DNA of 64,000 nt, taken from the NCBI GenBank assembly GCA_963675745.2, contig CAXXWX010000001.1:224001-288000 (forward strand), given 5' to 3'. A program made the position numbers and the translations under genes. Position 1 is the first letter of the stretch. Every line of letters begins with the position of its first letter. Below, piece by piece: positions 21,567 through 30,454 of this stretch. The notes below the pieces were generated by a model. The model was given only the letters and a program-made list of their open reading frames with translations. It was not told the origin of the DNA and did no database searches. The DNA is from Phycisphaerae bacterium. GTDB taxonomy: Bacteria; Planctomycetota; Phycisphaerae; UBA1845; Fen-1342.

Positions 21567-24422
21567 TCAGCCGCCCAGCAGTTGCACGAACGGGTCGATG
21601 TCGGCGTTGTTGACGCTTTCGTCACCATTGCAGTCCGCGGCCATGATGTTGCAGTCGGGATAGCTGGTGCCATACGTGCCCGGCTGAGTGATGGCGAGCA
21701 CGAACGCGTCGATATCGGCGTTGTTGATGAAACCGTCGCAATTGCAATCGCCGGTGAGCGTCTCTTCGCACTCATCGGGAATGCCGTTGTCGTTGAAATC
21801 GGTCGAGTTGGCCGGCATCAACTGAAGCGACAGCGTCGTGCCTACCGGTGATCCACCAACCACGGCGCCGCCGACATTGTATGACCACAGCACGGCCGAG
21901 CTGCCATCCTCCTGATATCCGACTGTCGCGGAGTAGCCGTCATCGTAGAGCGCGTTGTCAAAATCAGTGTCCAGGTAGAGGAACTGGGCATAGACGTTGG
22001 CGGTCGGTGTTTCGAAGATTTGAACCTGGAAGGTCACTTCGTCACCATCGAGAACCGTGTCTCCCAGATGGTGCGGGCGGTCTTTCCACTCAATGATGAA
22101 AGCCCGTTGCGGCGGATCTCCGACGACGTCCCAGTAGACGTTGCCGGTATCGGCGTCGAGGTCGTCCCAATACGGCAACAAGGCCTGCGCCCCGCCGAAC
22201 GCCAGCCCGCTGGGCAACGGGAAATTGTAGTTGTTGAGATTCAGCGTGCCGCCAAACCCAATCCCGCCGTTGTTGTGTACCTGCGCTGAACTGCTCGCAA
22301 ACACGTTGTTCGTGAAGGGCATGCTGACGCTAGCGCCACTGTCGTCACCGAGGCTGAGCGGCGTGCCGCTGGCGGAGATTTCAACCCAGCCGAGCACCGG
22401 GGCGACGGCGTCCAGTAGCTCCGGCGGGCGCAAGGCGATGTCGCACTCGTCCGGGATGCCGTTCGTGTTGCAGTCCTGGCTGAAGCCGCCACTGATGTCG
22501 TCGGCGTCGGGCAGGCTGTTGCCATTGCAGTCCGTCAATGGGTCGCAAACGTCTCCGATGCCGTCATCATCGCCGTCTTCCTGGTCGGGGTTGTAGTCGA
22601 GGATGCAGTTATCCGCGCCGTCGAGGATCGTATCGTCGTCGGAGTCGTCATCTAGCGGATCACTGTTGTACGTGTTGACTTCGTCGCCGTCGGTAAGGCC
22701 GTCGTCATCCGAGTCTTCGTCGAGCGGCTTGGTGCCGTGCTGCTGCTCCTCGAGATTGGTCAGGCCGTCGGGTTCCTCATCGACGTCGCCGTCGTGGCCG
22801 AGGTCGCCGAACCAGGTCGTTTCCCAATCGTCGTCCAACCCGTCGGCATCAGTATCACCCTCGATCGGCCCCGGCAGAGCCATGGTGTAGTACGCGTCGG
22901 TTGTATTTCCCATCCAGTACTCGAGATTGAATTCGGAAACCTCGATGAAGCGGTACCAGATAGTGCCGTAATGCTCGACGCGAACGATCAGCACGCCGTT
23001 GGCTTGTCCATAGGTGTGAACGATGTCTCCGCCGGGGTTGAAGGGGTTGCGACCGAAATCAACGTAGCCGTTGGCGTCGGCCGTGTAATAGGCATCGACG
23101 GTGTTGTCGAAGAGCTTGCCGTACCAGCCGGACGCGGGCTCGGCGCGATAGACGCGGACGTCGGCGCCGGTGCGCGGCCTGCCAAACGCATCCTCGAAAC
23201 GATAGTGGTTGTTGTCCGGCAGATCCTGAAGATACACGCCGATGTTGGCCGGCGCATTCTGGTTGCCGCCGTAGTTTGTTCCGCCATATCCGCAACAGGC
23301 ACGGTCGTAGGCGATCAACTGGAGCGCGCCGGCTTCGTACGGTGACCAGACGTATCCCCACGGTCCGCTCATCACGCCGCCGCTGCTGTTGTAGCGCAGC
23401 ACCTCGTCGAACGCGATGTATGGCATGTAGGCGCTGCCGCCGACGTAGGTAGCACCTTCCCAGATCTGGACCGAATCAAAGCCGCCGTGATCGGCCGTGT
23501 TGTGTACGTCAAAGCCGTACGAGTCGATCAGGTAACGCGCGTGCCCCAACTCGTGCAGCAGCGACTTCTCGAAGTAGAAGGGGTTGTCATCGCTTACGTT
23601 GCTGACGTCGGCGTAGAAAGTGCTCGGCGGGAGCAGGTCGGTGTTGAACCCCCACATCAGGTCCACTTCCTTGTTGTAGCGATCCGGGTTGTTGCTCGGA
23701 TAGCCGCCGGCCAGCGGCAACGCGTCATCGGGGACCACGACAATCTGGTCGATGCGCACGCGCGTGCCAACACCGCCCGGCGTAACATCCCAGACGGCAT
23801 CCTCGTACATGTCGTTCTGGCGGCTCATGTGGCGTTGAATCCAGTCTTCCCAGGAGTTCGAGCCGACGCCGAGACGCCACTGGTTCTCGTGGAAGTACCG
23901 CCACACCGATTCCTCGACCCAGAATCCGGCCAGGATCGCGTCGGTATAGTCCACGATCGAGTTGTTGCTCTCGCTCAATTCCGGAATCGCGTTTGCGGGA
24001 TCGACAATGAACTCGACCGTGTGCGGGCCGGCCTGCCAGATCCAGTCCAGCGTGACGATCCTGAGCCCCGTCGGCGGATCGTTCGGATCGTAAGGGTCAA
24101 AGTCATAGTCGAATGGCGGGGTAAGCGGCTCAAAGTTGGTGATCGTGCCGGTATCGGCGACGGCACCGTCGATCACCCAGGCGTAGGCGACGCTCGGCAG
24201 CGCGCCGGCGCCGGACTCGTCCCAGAGACGCACGTGCCCGTGGAATGTGACCAGGTTGCCGGTCTGTGGCATGTTGGGCACATCGTCGTAGTCGTAACGC
24301 GGCGTTCGCTCGATGAGCGTGACATTCAAATCGGTGTTGGGCCCGGCATACGCCGGCAGAGCGACAAACGTCACGGCAACGACGGCGCAACACGTGTGAA
24401 ACGCGATCCTGATACGGTTCAT
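21567..24422 (-). CDS. large secreted protein: CARDB-like domain, HEXXH metallopeptidase-like domain, Ca-binding TSP3-like repeats, C-terminal dockerin-like domain
   Basis: Signal peptide; VDPANAIPELSESNN; LLHELGH; DSDDDGLTDGDE/DNC repeats; GDCNCDGFINNADIDAF..ADCNGDESVNNADIDPF. Confidence 0.8.
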   Translation of the reverse strand: MNRIRIAFHTCCAVVAVTFVALPAYAGPNTDLNVTLIERTPRYDYDDVPNMPQTGNLVTFHGHVRLWDESGAGALPSVAYAWVIDGAVADTGTITNFEPLTPPFDYDFDPYDPNDPPTGLRIVTLDWIWQAGPHTVEFIVDPANAIPELSESNNSIVDYTDAILAGFWVEESVWRYFHENQWRLGVGSNSWEDWIQRHMSRQNDMYEDAVWDVTPGGVGTRVRIDQIVVVPDDALPLAGGYPSNNPDRYNKEVDLMWGFNTDLLPPSTFYADVSNVSDDNPFYFEKSLLHELGHARYLIDSYGFDVHNTADHGGFDSVQIWEGATYVGGSAYMPYIAFDEVLRYNSSGGVMSGPWGYVWSPYEAGALQLIAYDRACCGYGGTNYGGNQNAPANIGVYLQDLPDNNHYRFEDAFGRPRTGADVRVYRAEPASGWYGKLFDNTVDAYYTADANGYVDFGRNPFNPGGDIVHTYGQANGVLIVRVEHYGTIWYRFIEVSEFNLEYWMGNTTDAYYTMALPGPIEGDTDADGLDDDWETTWFGDLGHDGDVDEEPDGLTNLEEQQHGTKPLDEDSDDDGLTDGDEVNTYNSDPLDDDSDDDTILDGADNCILDYNPDQEDGDDDGIGDVCDPLTDCNGNSLPDADDISGGFSQDCNTNGIPDECDIALRPPELLDAVAPVLGWVEISASGTPLSLGDDSGASVSMPFTNNVFASSSAQVHNNGGIGFGGTLNLNNYNFPLPSGLAFGGAQALLPYWDDLDADTGNVYWDVVGDPPQRAFIIEWKDRPHHLGDTVLDGDEVTFQVQIFETPTANVYAQFLYLDTDFDNALYDDGYSATVGYQEDGSSAVLWSYNVGGAVVGGSPVGTTLSLQLMPANSTDFNDNGIPDECEETLTGDCNCDGFINNADIDAFVLAITQPGTYGTSYPDCNIMAADCNGDESVNNADIDPFVQLLGG

Positions 24423-24605
24423 TGCAATACCCTCGCAATCCCATCCGCTGGATTCCATTGATCCAGTATAGCCAACCCCGGTCCCCAGCGGGCGCAACCA
24501 ACCAGGAATTCTTGCATGTCGGCACCGCCGAGCGCCCCCGCGCCTGACGATCGCCCGAGCCCACGTCGCCAACCCGCACCGGAGAATCGGCACCTCCTGC
24601 CGGCC

Positions 24606-24685
24606 CGCAGGTTGGTAGGGCGCTTTGATGCACCGATTCCATCCGCAGAGCACGAATGGTGCGGCGAGCCACACTACACCTGCAC
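24606..24685 (+). repeat. ~80-bp direct repeat, copy 1 (REP-doublet-like)
   Basis: Closely similar to 26479-26557, including the spacer (GCACCGATT.CATCC...GAATGGTGCGGCGAGCCACAC). Confidence 0.8.
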
Positions 24686-24836
24686 CCGCCTCGAATCCAC
24701 CGTTTACGCCACGCACCCGGGTTCCACCTCCTCCCTCTCGAGGGAATCTCTTGTGTCATGCGGCGTCGGGCGCGATAATTAGATACCTGAAGGATCTACC
24801 TGATCTGGACGCGGCACTTCTGAAGGAGGGACACAC

Positions 24837-26051
24837 ATGCTTCCACGACACATCACCGTTGCCTTAACGCTGGTTCTAATCGTCGGTAGCCAGGCACAGG
24901 CCCAGGATCGTTATCCGCGGCGATGCGACCTGAACTGCGATGGTCTGCTCAACAACGGCGACATCGATGCATTCGCGCTGGCCATCACGTACCCGGGGCA
25001 GTACCTGTATGACTACCCCGACTGCGACATTAGCTTGGCCGACACAAACTGCGATGGCGCGGTCAACAACGGTGACATCGACGGCTTTGTGGCGGGACTG
25101 GGCGGCGGAAGCATTCCGGCGTGTCCAGGGGACATGGTGCTCGTCCCCGCCGGCGAGTTCGAGATGGGCGACAGCTTCGGCGAGGGATACTCCTATGAAC
25201 TCCCCGTCCACGACGTGTATCTCGACGCGTACTACATCGACACGTACGAGGTCACGAACGAGCAATACGCCGACGCGCTCAACTGGGCCTGGGACCAGGG
25301 TGGGCTGATTCATGTCAGCGGCGGCGTGGTGCTCAAGTACGGCGGCACAACCTATGGTTATTGTGATACCACGACCAGCTCGTCACACAGCCGCATCGAG
25401 TGGGACGGCGACATCTTCACGGTCACCCCAGGCAAGGAAGACCACCCGATGGCCAACGTAAGTTGGTACGGCGCGGTGGCCTTCAGCAACTGGCGCAGTG
25501 GCATGGAAGGGCGCACGGCGTGTTACGATCTGGCGACGTGGACGTGCAACTTCGACGCCGACGGCTACCGGTTGCCGACGGAGGCCGAGTGGGAGAAGGC
25601 AGCCGGCTGGGATCCGGTCCTGGAGCGGCATTTCCGCTTCGGCGAGCACACCGACGGCTGCGGATATAATTGCCTGGACGGCCATCGGGCCAACTACTGG
25701 GAGAGCGGACATCCGTACGAGAACGGTGCTTACCCGTGGACGACGCCGGTAGGCTACTACGACGGCCGCAACCATGGTGGGTACCAGACCGAGGATGCGC
25801 AGAGCTACTATGGCTGCCGCGACATGAGCGGTAACGTATGGGAGTGGTGCCACGACTGGTACGACTCAGGGTACTACAGCTCCAGCCCGTACCATAACCC
25901 GACGGGGCCCGCCTCGGGAACATACCGTGTTTTGCGCGGCGGCAGCTGGAACAGCAATCCGAGCCCCTGCCGCGCGGCGTATCGCGGCAGGGTCGACCCA
26001 CACCCCCGCCTCAACAACTACGGGTTTCGTTGCGTGCCGGGGACTCAGTAA
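24837..26051 (+). CDS. secreted dockerin-like + FGE-sulfatase (C-type-lectin fold) protein; putative DGR target
   Basis: AAGGAGG RBS, signal peptide, two dockerin-like repeats, MVLVPAGEFEMG, YEVTNEQY, RLPTEAEWEKAA, DMSGNVWEW, RVLRGGSW...GFRC. Confidence 0.9.
   Translation: MLPRHITVALTLVLIVGSQAQAQDRYPRRCDLNCDGLLNNGDIDAFALAITYPGQYLYDYPDCDISLADTNCDGAVNNGDIDGFVAGLGGGSIPACPGDMVLVPAGEFEMGDSFGEGYSYELPVHDVYLDAYYIDTYEVTNEQYADALNWAWDQGGLIHVSGGVVLKYGGTTYGYCDTTTSSSHSRIEWDGDIFTVTPGKEDHPMANVSWYGAVAFSNWRSGMEGRTACYDLATWTCNFDADGYRLPTEAEWEKAAGWDPVLERHFRFGEHTDGCGYNCLDGHRANYWESGHPYENGAYPWTTPVGYYDGRNHGGYQTEDAQSYYGCRDMSGNVWEWCHDWYDSGYYSSSPYHNPTGPASGTYRVLRGGSWNSNPSPCRAAYRGRVDPHPRLNNYGFRCVPGTQ
25926..26051 (+). other. 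putative DGR variable repeat (VR) and IMH region
   Basis: RVLRGGSWNSNPSPCRAAYRGRVDPHPRLNNYGFRC; the presumed variable codons are all NNC/NNT, as expected from AAC/AAT templates; hairpin and avd start follow. Confidence 0.65.
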
Positions 26052-26087
26052 CTGCTTGTGGCTTTACTGCTTTCTTTTTTCAATCTA

Positions 26088-26115
26088 GCGCGGCCCGAGG
26101 CCCGAAGGGCCGCGC
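26088..26115. promoter_or_regulatory. GC-rich hairpin with GAA loop downstream of the VR (DGR-type homing element)
   Basis: GCGCGGCCC...GGGCCGCGC inverted repeat with an inner GGCCC-GAA-GGGCC, 37 nt after the stop codon. Confidence 0.6.
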
Positions 26116-26126
26116 AGCGCGCGAGA

Positions 26127-26198
26127 ATGGCCAACGACGAGTTGCTGGTTATCGAGCGGACGTATCAACTGCTGAAGTGGTTTCTGGAAAGACTGGGT
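26127..26198 (+). pseudogene. avd: 5' fragment of DGR accessory protein Avd
   Basis: MANDELLVIERTYQLLKWFLERLG resembles the Avd first helix; similarity stops before the usual FP..R..LG motif and the frame runs into repeats. Confidence 0.65.
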
Positions 26199-26238
26199 TT
26201 GTCACAGCATCGCGGGGTCAAGTCTGCTGGCCATCTCC

Positions 26239-26432
26239 GCCCCGGAGGGGCAGCGGTCAGTAGCCGGGGGCGCCAGCCCCCGGTTAGCGCACCAACACGA
26301 TCGAGCCCCGGCGGGGCGCCGGTTGTGGGCGCCATAAGGCGGTTACCGTCGCCCCGCCGGGGCTCGATCACACATCGGCACACTGGCCGGGGGCTGCGCC
26401 CCCGGCTACTAACCAGCGCCCCTACCGGGGCT
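26239..26432. repeat. composite palindromic REP/MITE-like element
   Basis: GCCCCGGAGGGGC, AGCCGGGGGCGCCAGCCCCCGG and GAGCCCCGGCGGGGCG, followed by their inverted counterparts. Confidence 0.75.
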
Positions 26433-26478
26433 CATCCGTCTGGTGGCCTCGAATGGCGCTCGCTCCAACGCCAATGCA

Positions 26479-26557
26479 CGCAGATTGGTAGGCGTACGTC
26501 TTGACGCACCGATTTCATCCATTGAGCGCGAATGGTGCGGCGAGCCACACCCTGCAC
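26479..26557 (+). repeat. ~80-bp direct repeat, copy 2
   Basis: Matches 24606-24685. Confidence 0.8.
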
Positions 26558-26715
26558 GTACCGAACTTCGCCTCGTCTGCCCGGCGCCAGGCCCTGCTCG
26601 TGGACGGCTCCGCGGCGCCCCGCCCTTGACATGCACGCCTGTCGCCGTAACTCTACGAATCTGCGCTGCCCCTGGGAATGCGGCAGGCATACGTCGGCAT
26701 ATTGAGGCTTGGCTA

Positions 26716-27843
26716 ATGGGGTATGCGTACACACCCGGCTTGTCGGTCGCGGAAAACACTATTATCCGCAAGGTGCGAAGGCTGCCGCTCAAGGGACAGG
26801 TGCTGGTTAAGGTCGGTGATGAGGTTAACGCCGAGGACGTCGTCGCCCAAACCGAGCTGCCCGGCGAGGTTCGGCCGATAAACGTGGTCGGCAAGCTCGG
26901 CTGCGCGCCCGAGGAGTTGGTTGAGATCGTCCTCAAGAAGGAAGGCGACTCGGTAGCCGAAAACGAGGCGTTCGTCCGCACCAAGGGCTTTTTCGGGCTG
27001 TTCAGGAGCGAGGTGCGCTCGCCAATTGCCGGCAAGATCGAATCCATCTCGCACGTCACCGGCCAGGTGATCATCCGCGGCGCGCCGATCCTGCTCCAGA
27101 AGACGGCGTATGCGCGCGGCAAGGTGGTCGAGACGCACGAGGCCGAATCCGCCACGGTCGAGGTCAGCGGGACGTTCATCCAGGGAATCTTCGGCATCGG
27201 TGGCGAGACCTGGGGCGAAGTGGTTATGGCGGTCGATTCACCGGACGACGTGCTCGATGCCAAGCACATCACCGACGCCCATGCCGGCAAGATCATCGTG
27301 GGCGGCTGCCTGGTGACCGCATCGGCCGTCAAGCAGGCAATCAAGGTCGGGGTCAGCGGGATAGTGTGTGGCGGCCTGAATGACGCCGATTTGCGCGATT
27401 TTCTCGGATACGAGCTGGGAGTGGCGATCACTGGTGAGGAGAAGCTCGGCGTCACCGTCATGATTACGGAGGGCTTCGGCAAGATCGGGATGGCCAGGGC
27501 TACTTTTGATCTGCTCAAGAAGCGCGCCGGGCTGCTGGCCAGCATCAACGGCGCCACGCAGATTCGCGCCGGCGTGATTCGCCCCGAGCTGATCATCCCG
27601 CTCGATGAGAAAGCGGAAGTGACCGGCGCGGAAGATGATGAGATGGGCAGCGTGCTTCAGGTCGGCACGCCGCTGCGCGCCATCCGTGACCCGTTCTTCG
27701 GGCGCATCGGCAAGTGCGTGGCCCTGCCGGTCGAGTTGGAGCGGCTTTCGAGCGAAACCAAGGTGCGCGTGCTCGAAGTTGAGTTTGACGACGGCCAGCG
27801 GGCAACCATACCGCGTGCCAACGTGGAGTTGATCAAGAACTAG
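26716..27843 (+). CDS. conserved hypothetical protein with lipoyl/barrel-sandwich-like repeats and a KOW-like end
   Basis: AYTPGL..RRLPLKGQVLVKVGDEV..IQGIFGIGGE..TEGFG..INGATQIRAGVIRPE; I recall this family near glmL-like genes. Confidence 0.75.
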   Translation: MGYAYTPGLSVAENTIIRKVRRLPLKGQVLVKVGDEVNAEDVVAQTELPGEVRPINVVGKLGCAPEELVEIVLKKEGDSVAENEAFVRTKGFFGLFRSEVRSPIAGKIESISHVTGQVIIRGAPILLQKTAYARGKVVETHEAESATVEVSGTFIQGIFGIGGETWGEVVMAVDSPDDVLDAKHITDAHAGKIIVGGCLVTASAVKQAIKVGVSGIVCGGLNDADLRDFLGYELGVAITGEEKLGVTVMITEGFGKIGMARATFDLLKKRAGLLASINGATQIRAGVIRPELIIPLDEKAEVTGAEDDEMGSVLQVGTPLRAIRDPFFGRIGKCVALPVELERLSSETKVRVLEVEFDDGQRATIPRANVELIKN

Positions 27844-27887
27844 CCGCGGTCGCCGGCCTGGAAGCCGGCGCGGCGCCGATAACAGGG

Positions 27888-28100
27888 ATGAACGCGATGC
27901 CAAGGCTCATGAAGTATCGCAAAATGTTGTATCAACTCAGCACCGGCGGAGTCTGCTTCGGCATGCTCGGCGCGTGGGAGTTGGTCGATTTTGGGTCCGT
28001 GTTTACACAGGTCATCGTCTCGCTGATCAGCCTTCTAATCAGCGCCTTCTTTGGGCAGTCGCTGGCGGACTTGTTCTACCAGCAGGCACTCGCTGGTTGA
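27888..28100 (+). CDS. small membrane protein
   Basis: Hydrophobic 63-70 aa ORF filling the intergenic gap. Confidence 0.5.
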   Translation: MNAMPRLMKYRKMLYQLSTGGVCFGMLGAWELVDFGSVFTQVIVSLISLLISAFFGQSLADLFYQQALAG

Positions 28101-28240
28101 GAAAGCTCTTGCGGCTTCATGATCGCCCCGGTTGGGCGCGGCGCACACGGCGCCCGGTCGGCACGGCGCGGACCATGCAGATTTAATCCTGGCGATCGCC
28201 CACAACCGCGGTGCACGCCACGCAAACGGAGATTTTCCAA

Positions 28241-29680
28241 ATGGAGCAACCCGGACTGTCCGAGGCCCTGCACGATCCGGAGCTGATGGACGCGGCCGAT
28301 GAAAAGGCCCAGAAGCTGCTCGACGAGCTCAAGAAAGAAGCCAAGGTTGAAATCAAGGACATCGGCACGCTGCGCAAGGAGCTGCGCGTCACTGTGCCGG
28401 AAAAGGTGATTGCCGACCACGTTGACCACAACTACGAGGAATTGAGGCACGATGCCATGGTGCCCGGTTTCCGCAAGGGACATGCCCCGCGCCGGTTGAT
28501 CGAGAAACGCTTCGGCTCGGACGTGCGCAGCTCGCTGAAGACGGCCATCGTCGGGCAATCCTACTTCGCCGCCCTGGAAAACAACGAGCTCGAGGTGCTC
28601 GGCGACCCGCTGTTCTCCATTCAGACCGACGATGAGGTCAAGCTGATGGAGATCGGCGAGGCGCTCCAGCACTTTGAGCTGCCCGAGTCGGGTGATTTCA
28701 CCTACACGTGTGAGATTGAGATCAAGCCGACATTCGAGCTGCCGGAACTCAAGGGCATCAAGATCAAGACCCCTGTGGTGGAGATCACCGATGCCCAGAT
28801 TGACGAGCAGCTCGAACGGCAACGCAAGCTGCGCGGCCGCCTTGAACCAGTGAGCGAACCCGCGCAGGCGGATGACGTGCTGGTCGCCGACATCGCCCTG
28901 ACCGTCGCGGGCGAACAGGTCAAGAGCGAGGAAAACACCCAGGTAGCCGTGCGGGCGACGCGTCTTGATTCAGTTCCGCTCGAGAAGCTCGGTGAAGAGC
29001 TGGCCGGCGTGGAGATCGGACAGTCGCGGACCGTGGATTGCACGCTTCCCGACGACTATGAACGGGCCGATCTGCGCGGCAAGGCCGGTCAATTCAAGTT
29101 CACCGTACATGAAATCAAACGCCTGCGTCCGGCCGAGGTCCAGCAGATCGTGGAGCAGTTCGGCTGCGATTCGGAGGCGCAACTGCGCGGCTTTATTCGC
29201 GACGATCTCGAAGCGGAGAAGGAAGAGACCCTCCAACGCGAGAAACGCACGCAGGTTTACGACTATCTCCTCGACAAGTGCAAGCTGGAGCTGCCAGAGA
29301 AGCTCTCGGCTCGGCAGACCGATCGGGCCGTCGTGCGTCGCGTGCTCGAGCTGCGCCAGGCCGGCATCCCCGAGAGCGACATCGAGGCGCACATCGACGA
29401 ACTGCGCACCTCCGCCCGCGAGCAAGTGGCGCGCGATTTGCGGCTCAGCTTCATTCTCGAAAAGGTCGCCGAGCAGCTCGGCGTGGACGTGACCGACGAA
29501 GAGGTCAATACGGATATCGCGCAGATGGCGCGGCGATACAACCGCCGGTTTGACCGCATCCGTGATGATCTGCAGAAGGCGGGCATGCTGAGTCAGCTCG
29601 CCGAGCAGATCCGCCAGAACAAGTGCGTGGCGCAGTTGCTGGAGGACGCTGACATCACCGGCGAAGAGGCGGATAAGTAA
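28241..29680 (+). CDS. tig: trigger factor
   Basis: PGFRKGHAP ribosome-binding motif, FKBP-like and SurA-like regions; upstream of clpP. Confidence 0.92.
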   Translation: MEQPGLSEALHDPELMDAADEKAQKLLDELKKEAKVEIKDIGTLRKELRVTVPEKVIADHVDHNYEELRHDAMVPGFRKGHAPRRLIEKRFGSDVRSSLKTAIVGQSYFAALENNELEVLGDPLFSIQTDDEVKLMEIGEALQHFELPESGDFTYTCEIEIKPTFELPELKGIKIKTPVVEITDAQIDEQLERQRKLRGRLEPVSEPAQADDVLVADIALTVAGEQVKSEENTQVAVRATRLDSVPLEKLGEELAGVEIGQSRTVDCTLPDDYERADLRGKAGQFKFTVHEIKRLRPAEVQQIVEQFGCDSEAQLRGFIRDDLEAEKEETLQREKRTQVYDYLLDKCKLELPEKLSARQTDRAVVRRVLELRQAGIPESDIEAHIDELRTSAREQVARDLRLSFILEKVAEQLGVDVTDEEVNTDIAQMARRYNRRFDRIRDDLQKAGMLSQLAEQIRQNKCVAQLLEDADITGEEADK

Positions 29681-29802
29681 GACGCCCTCGATGGCCGATA
29701 TTGTTGAGCGTACAGACAGCCATCAGCCCGGCGGAAAAGGCGGGGCCACCCGCCGGTACCGGTTGCGGCGGCCGTGTGCAAAATCGCAAGCAAGGAGAAC
29801 CG

Positions 29803-30441
29803 ATGCCGATGTGGCCTGACTACGAGCGTCCGCGAGCCCAGAGCGGAGGCCCTCAGCAGTGGCGACAGATGGGCCTCAACGAGATGCTCCTGGACAACAG
29901 GATCATCTTCCTCGACATGCCGCTCGATCCACGCATTACGATCAACGGCAACACGGTTTGCTCGCACATCATCAAGAGCATGCTCTATCTGCAATCCGTC
30001 AAACGCGACGCCGACATCCATCTGTACATCAATTGTCCCGGCGGCGACATCGACGACACGCTGGCAATCTTTGACACGATGCAGTTCCTGAAATGCGACG
30101 TGGCCACCTACTGCGTCGGAGCCGCCAGCAGCGGGGCCGCCGTGATTCTCGCGGCCGGCACGAAGGGCAAGCGTTTCGCACTGCCGCACGCCAACGTCAT
30201 GATCCATCAGCCCTGGGGCATGCTCGGCGGCCAGGCGTCGGATATGCGCATCCAGGCCCAGGAGATTCTCAAGGTCAAGGAAACTCTGATCGGGATCCTC
30301 TCAGACGCCACCGGCAAGCCGCGCGAGCAGATCGAGCGCGACACCGAACGCGACCGCTACATGGGCGCCGCGGAGGCCAAGGAGTACGGGTTGATCGACG
30401 AGGTTCTGGCAGAACCGCAGGCCGCTAACAAGCAGAAATAA
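29803..30441 (+). CDS. clpP: ATP-dependent Clp protease proteolytic subunit (paralog 1)
   Basis: LYINCPGG, GAASSGA, MIHQP, ERDRYM. Confidence 0.9.
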   Translation: MPMWPDYERPRAQSGGPQQWRQMGLNEMLLDNRIIFLDMPLDPRITINGNTVCSHIIKSMLYLQSVKRDADIHLYINCPGGDIDDTLAIFDTMQFLKCDVATYCVGAASSGAAVILAAGTKGKRFALPHANVMIHQPWGMLGGQASDMRIQAQEILKVKETLIGILSDATGKPREQIERDTERDRYMGAAEAKEYGLIDEVLAEPQAANKQK

Positions 30442-30454
30442 CGAGGACGCGTCT

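Noticed and set aside
26058..26504. 148-aa ORF as a real full-length gene
   Set aside because: Only the Avd-like ~24 codons look coding; the rest reads through palindromic repeats
26199..26715. DGR template repeat or reverse transcriptase
   Set aside because: No AAC-rich copy of the VR and no RT motifs seen here or elsewhere in the window
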